A model generated the notes under the pieces. The model had not been told where the DNA came from. It made no database searches and saw only the letters and a program-made list of their open reading frames with translations. From positions 8,693,259-8,718,571 of the forward strand of contig JANKJI020000004.1 in assembly GCA_024626585.2 (NCBI GenBank): DNA of 25,313 nucleotides, written 5' to 3'. Origin of the DNA: Ginkgo biloba. Lineage: Eukaryota; Plantae; Ginkgophyta. Below, piece by piece: positions 22,490-25,313 of the stretch. The translations under genes were made by a program, and so were the position numbers. The stretch's first letter is position 1, and each line of letters begins with the position of its first letter.

Positions 22490-23700
22490 ATGTTTTTGGC
22501 TTTGGTTTGCATGTCCAAGATGTAGAGCTCCTCGTGCCCTTTAAAATGAATGAACATGGACTGAGGGGGATGCCAGATGAAAAAGTTACGACCATTTAAA
22601 TTTGCCTAGTTGTTTGGCAATTTTGATTCCGTTGTTTCGCAACCCTTAAGCTTTCAGAACACCAAGTAGCTCATAGATGAGTGTGCCTCCTAGGAGAAAG
22701 AGTTAAAGCCCTGCTTAGGCCCAAAGGTATATAAATAGTTCCATGGTATCATAAACCTCAAGAGAATCTCAATTATCATCTCTCCTCAATCCCTGTCAAG
22801 AATGCTAGCCATGGTACCATATTCTCTACCCTGTAGCAGGTTTTGTTGAGTTTCTTCAAGCATATAGAACAAAAGGACATGTCTCAACTTCTTTTTAGGC
22901 ATATTTCGTGATATTTAAACCCCTATATGTGGTAGACAGAGTTTTCCACTATTTTGCTACCATGTATGCATGGTGCCCAGGTCTTGGAATGAATCTATAG
23001 TTTACATGTAATCATATGGCATAGGATGTGTCCCCTATGGAAGAGCAACTGATTTTGTTTGCTGATTTTTGGCTGTACAGGCTGGATACAGCCTTATAAT
23101 AAGCCTCATATAAGATAGTTTGAATGTCCCTTCCTTTGGCATGGTTTGTATGGCTTCAGGGTTCCTATAGATGTAGCTTGCTGTCCTAATTTTTCTAGAA
23201 ATGACTATACTGATTTCTTATGTGTGTTTACCCAAAGAGTGGCAATGAGTTTAGGGTTTCAAACGGCAACCATTAAAAGTCTCCACAAGGGTTTAGGGTA
23301 TAAGCTTATAAAAGTTTGTTAGTCCAGCTTACTGTCCTCTATTTTTGGATGGGATTGATCTCATGCTCTCAGTTATTAATGATGATTGGGGTGTTGGTTT
23401 GCATTAGAATTTGATCTGAGAGTAAATACTGCATGAATAGAACTCCAAGTATGATGTATATGATAAATCAGTAGCTTGTTAGCCTGTAGGTGGTAATAAG
23501 GGCCAATATACTTTATTTTGGCATGCATAGTCTGGCTAGGATATGTTGGACGAAGATATGTGTGTTCTAGATCTCTGGAAAGATTCCTATAAGCTTTAGG
23601 ATTTCCAGAGGCCATGTGTATATTATTTTTTTTCCATGTGTATGGATAGGACTAATAAATGTTCATGAGTATTTCTAAGGCCATGGTAATTCATACCAAA
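22490..23700. mobile_element. Probable decayed LTR or non-coding region of a large gypsy element
   Basis: Recurrent motifs gatgtagagctcctcgt... (~22519), gatgtagcttgctgtc... (~23170), gatgaaaaagttacgacc (~22576) and ggacgaagatatg (~23548) resemble subrepeats common in long plant gypsy LTRs. Boundaries are not resolved. Confidence 0.3.
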
Positions 23701-25313
23701 AGCACCCTTTTAATGCAAGCAACAAAGCTTTTGGATCTACTTATGCTTTCTTGACATTTATTCTATCATCAAGGGCTATAAATTTATCTAAATACACATC
23801 AGGTGTTTCTGATAATGCCAAGAGTGGCTCAAATTGGCTGTAAGTGAAAGATAATAAGGTTTGATGCTATATGTACAATGTATGAAGAATATTAAGACTT
23901 CTGACAGGTGGTAGAGTACCTTAAAATTTGATGTCCAACAATCGACAATTATATAAGCAATTATTTTTGTAAGATGGATATTTATTCAAAGGGAAAAAAA
24001 TGTGTATATCAAACTATTCAATGAGGGAGAATATGATTCGATAACTGCATAATGGCGGCTTAGGAGGTCACTTTGGTAGAGATAAGATATTGGCAACTAT
24101 TAAAGANNNNNNNNNNNNNNNNNNNNNNNNNNNNNNNNNNNNNNNNNNNNNNNNNNNNNNNNNNNNNNNNNNNNNNNNNNNNNNNNNNNNNNNNNNNNNN
24201 NNNNNNTGATTAACACTCTAATGGATCATTCTGCGATGGGCCAATATGTGTATTTCTGTAGCTTGAAAGGCTCTTGATGTGTAATTCAATGAGTCTATCC
24301 ATGACGGGTAATTCCATAAATAATAAGGACGATGCTAATATGTGTGTGTGGGGGGGAGCAACTTGTAGATCATATGAGGGACACGTCATGAAACCACAAC
24401 TTTCCTCACAAAATGTTGGGCAACCAACTAGCATAGATACCTCACACCTTCACACTTCAACATAACCATGCTTCATTTGCTCTCTAATCTTACATCATAG
24501 TATGGTTTCCCTGTGCTATAATAGATTCTTCTTGCACTGATCCTGGTATGATGGAGTTGACAAGTTTCCAAGGAGCACCAGGTGTGGAAGATTACAAAGT
24601 AAATTTCTAAGGGTTGTCAAAGCATCATCACCTAAGGTAAGCAAGGGTTGTCATGACTTAGATTTGAAAGCTTAAGGGTTGTGATTTCCAACATTCTGAA
24701 TCCTAATGAGTGTCTTAAATCGTACATGTGACTAAAATGTTAACGTGGAAGCGGGGCCTATAAGAGATCTTGGTGCTGTGGAATGATTCCCAATTTGCAC
24801 AATTATATTCAAGAAAAAAACAAAAACATTATCACTACTGTTTTAAAACACTTTTGTTCTTCATCCTGACACTAGAGGAGATTCAAACTTCATCAACAAA
24901 GACACCAAGAAACTATTAACAAATTAGTGCCCTCCATATTAGGTCCCCTATCATCATTCTTGATTTATATTATTTGATCTTTATTCATCCCAAAACTACA
25001 ACAATTTTATCTCTGTGGATACTATCGCCTGCTCTTCAACTTTCACTTGGGACGTTCATAACTTGTACCTTGTTGCATCATACTGTTTCCTCCATTTAGG
25101 GGCATTCTTATCCATCCACTATTCCTGCCCTAATCCAGCTCTGTTATGTTCAATTTCTTGTAATCACCTGAACTGTCATTAGCATTCAATCATCCCTATC
25201 CTTACCGTTGCATGGTCCATCATCTCTGCATTGTTTTGTGATCTTCACCTACAACTACTTCTCATTTTGCATGCAAACCATCAACCATAACTGGCATATA
25301 TTACAATTGCCAC

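Noticed and set aside
25206-25248. 43 nt exon-like segment (tAG-VKITKQCRDDGPCN-GTAAG) ending in phase 1
   Set aside because: Too short and dissimilar to be the missing PRMT6 exon, and only ~38 nt from the next acceptor, too short for a normal intron.

Overview
AT-rich, CpG-depleted eukaryotic DNA, most likely from a large-genome land plant (fern- or gymnosperm-like; this is inferred from gene and TE character). The scaffold is fragmented, with 18 N-gaps, ten of them exactly 100 N. The only confidently recognisable host gene is the 3' end of a protein arginine methyltransferase of the plant PRMT6 type on the minus strand: three coding exons (9064-8853, 5529-5411, 5317-5275) with GT-AG junctions that join in frame and end in ...FVKESIMR*. 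No intact upstream PRMT6 exon was found in the remaining ~16 kb. That region and the 3.3 kb intron are filled with decayed LTR retrotransposons: a Ty1/copia RNase H-PPT-LTR end, a minus-strand Ty3/gypsy chromovirus (gag, GPY/F, chromodomain, PPT, LTR), a plus-strand non-chromovirus gypsy integrase followed by a long decayed extra ORF, and three copies of a ~670-690 bp LTR-like repeat. I found no convincing novel biological system. The best leads are the LTR-118 bp-LTR unit, the extra 3' ORF, and several small exon-like segments that could indicate alternative or UTR splicing.
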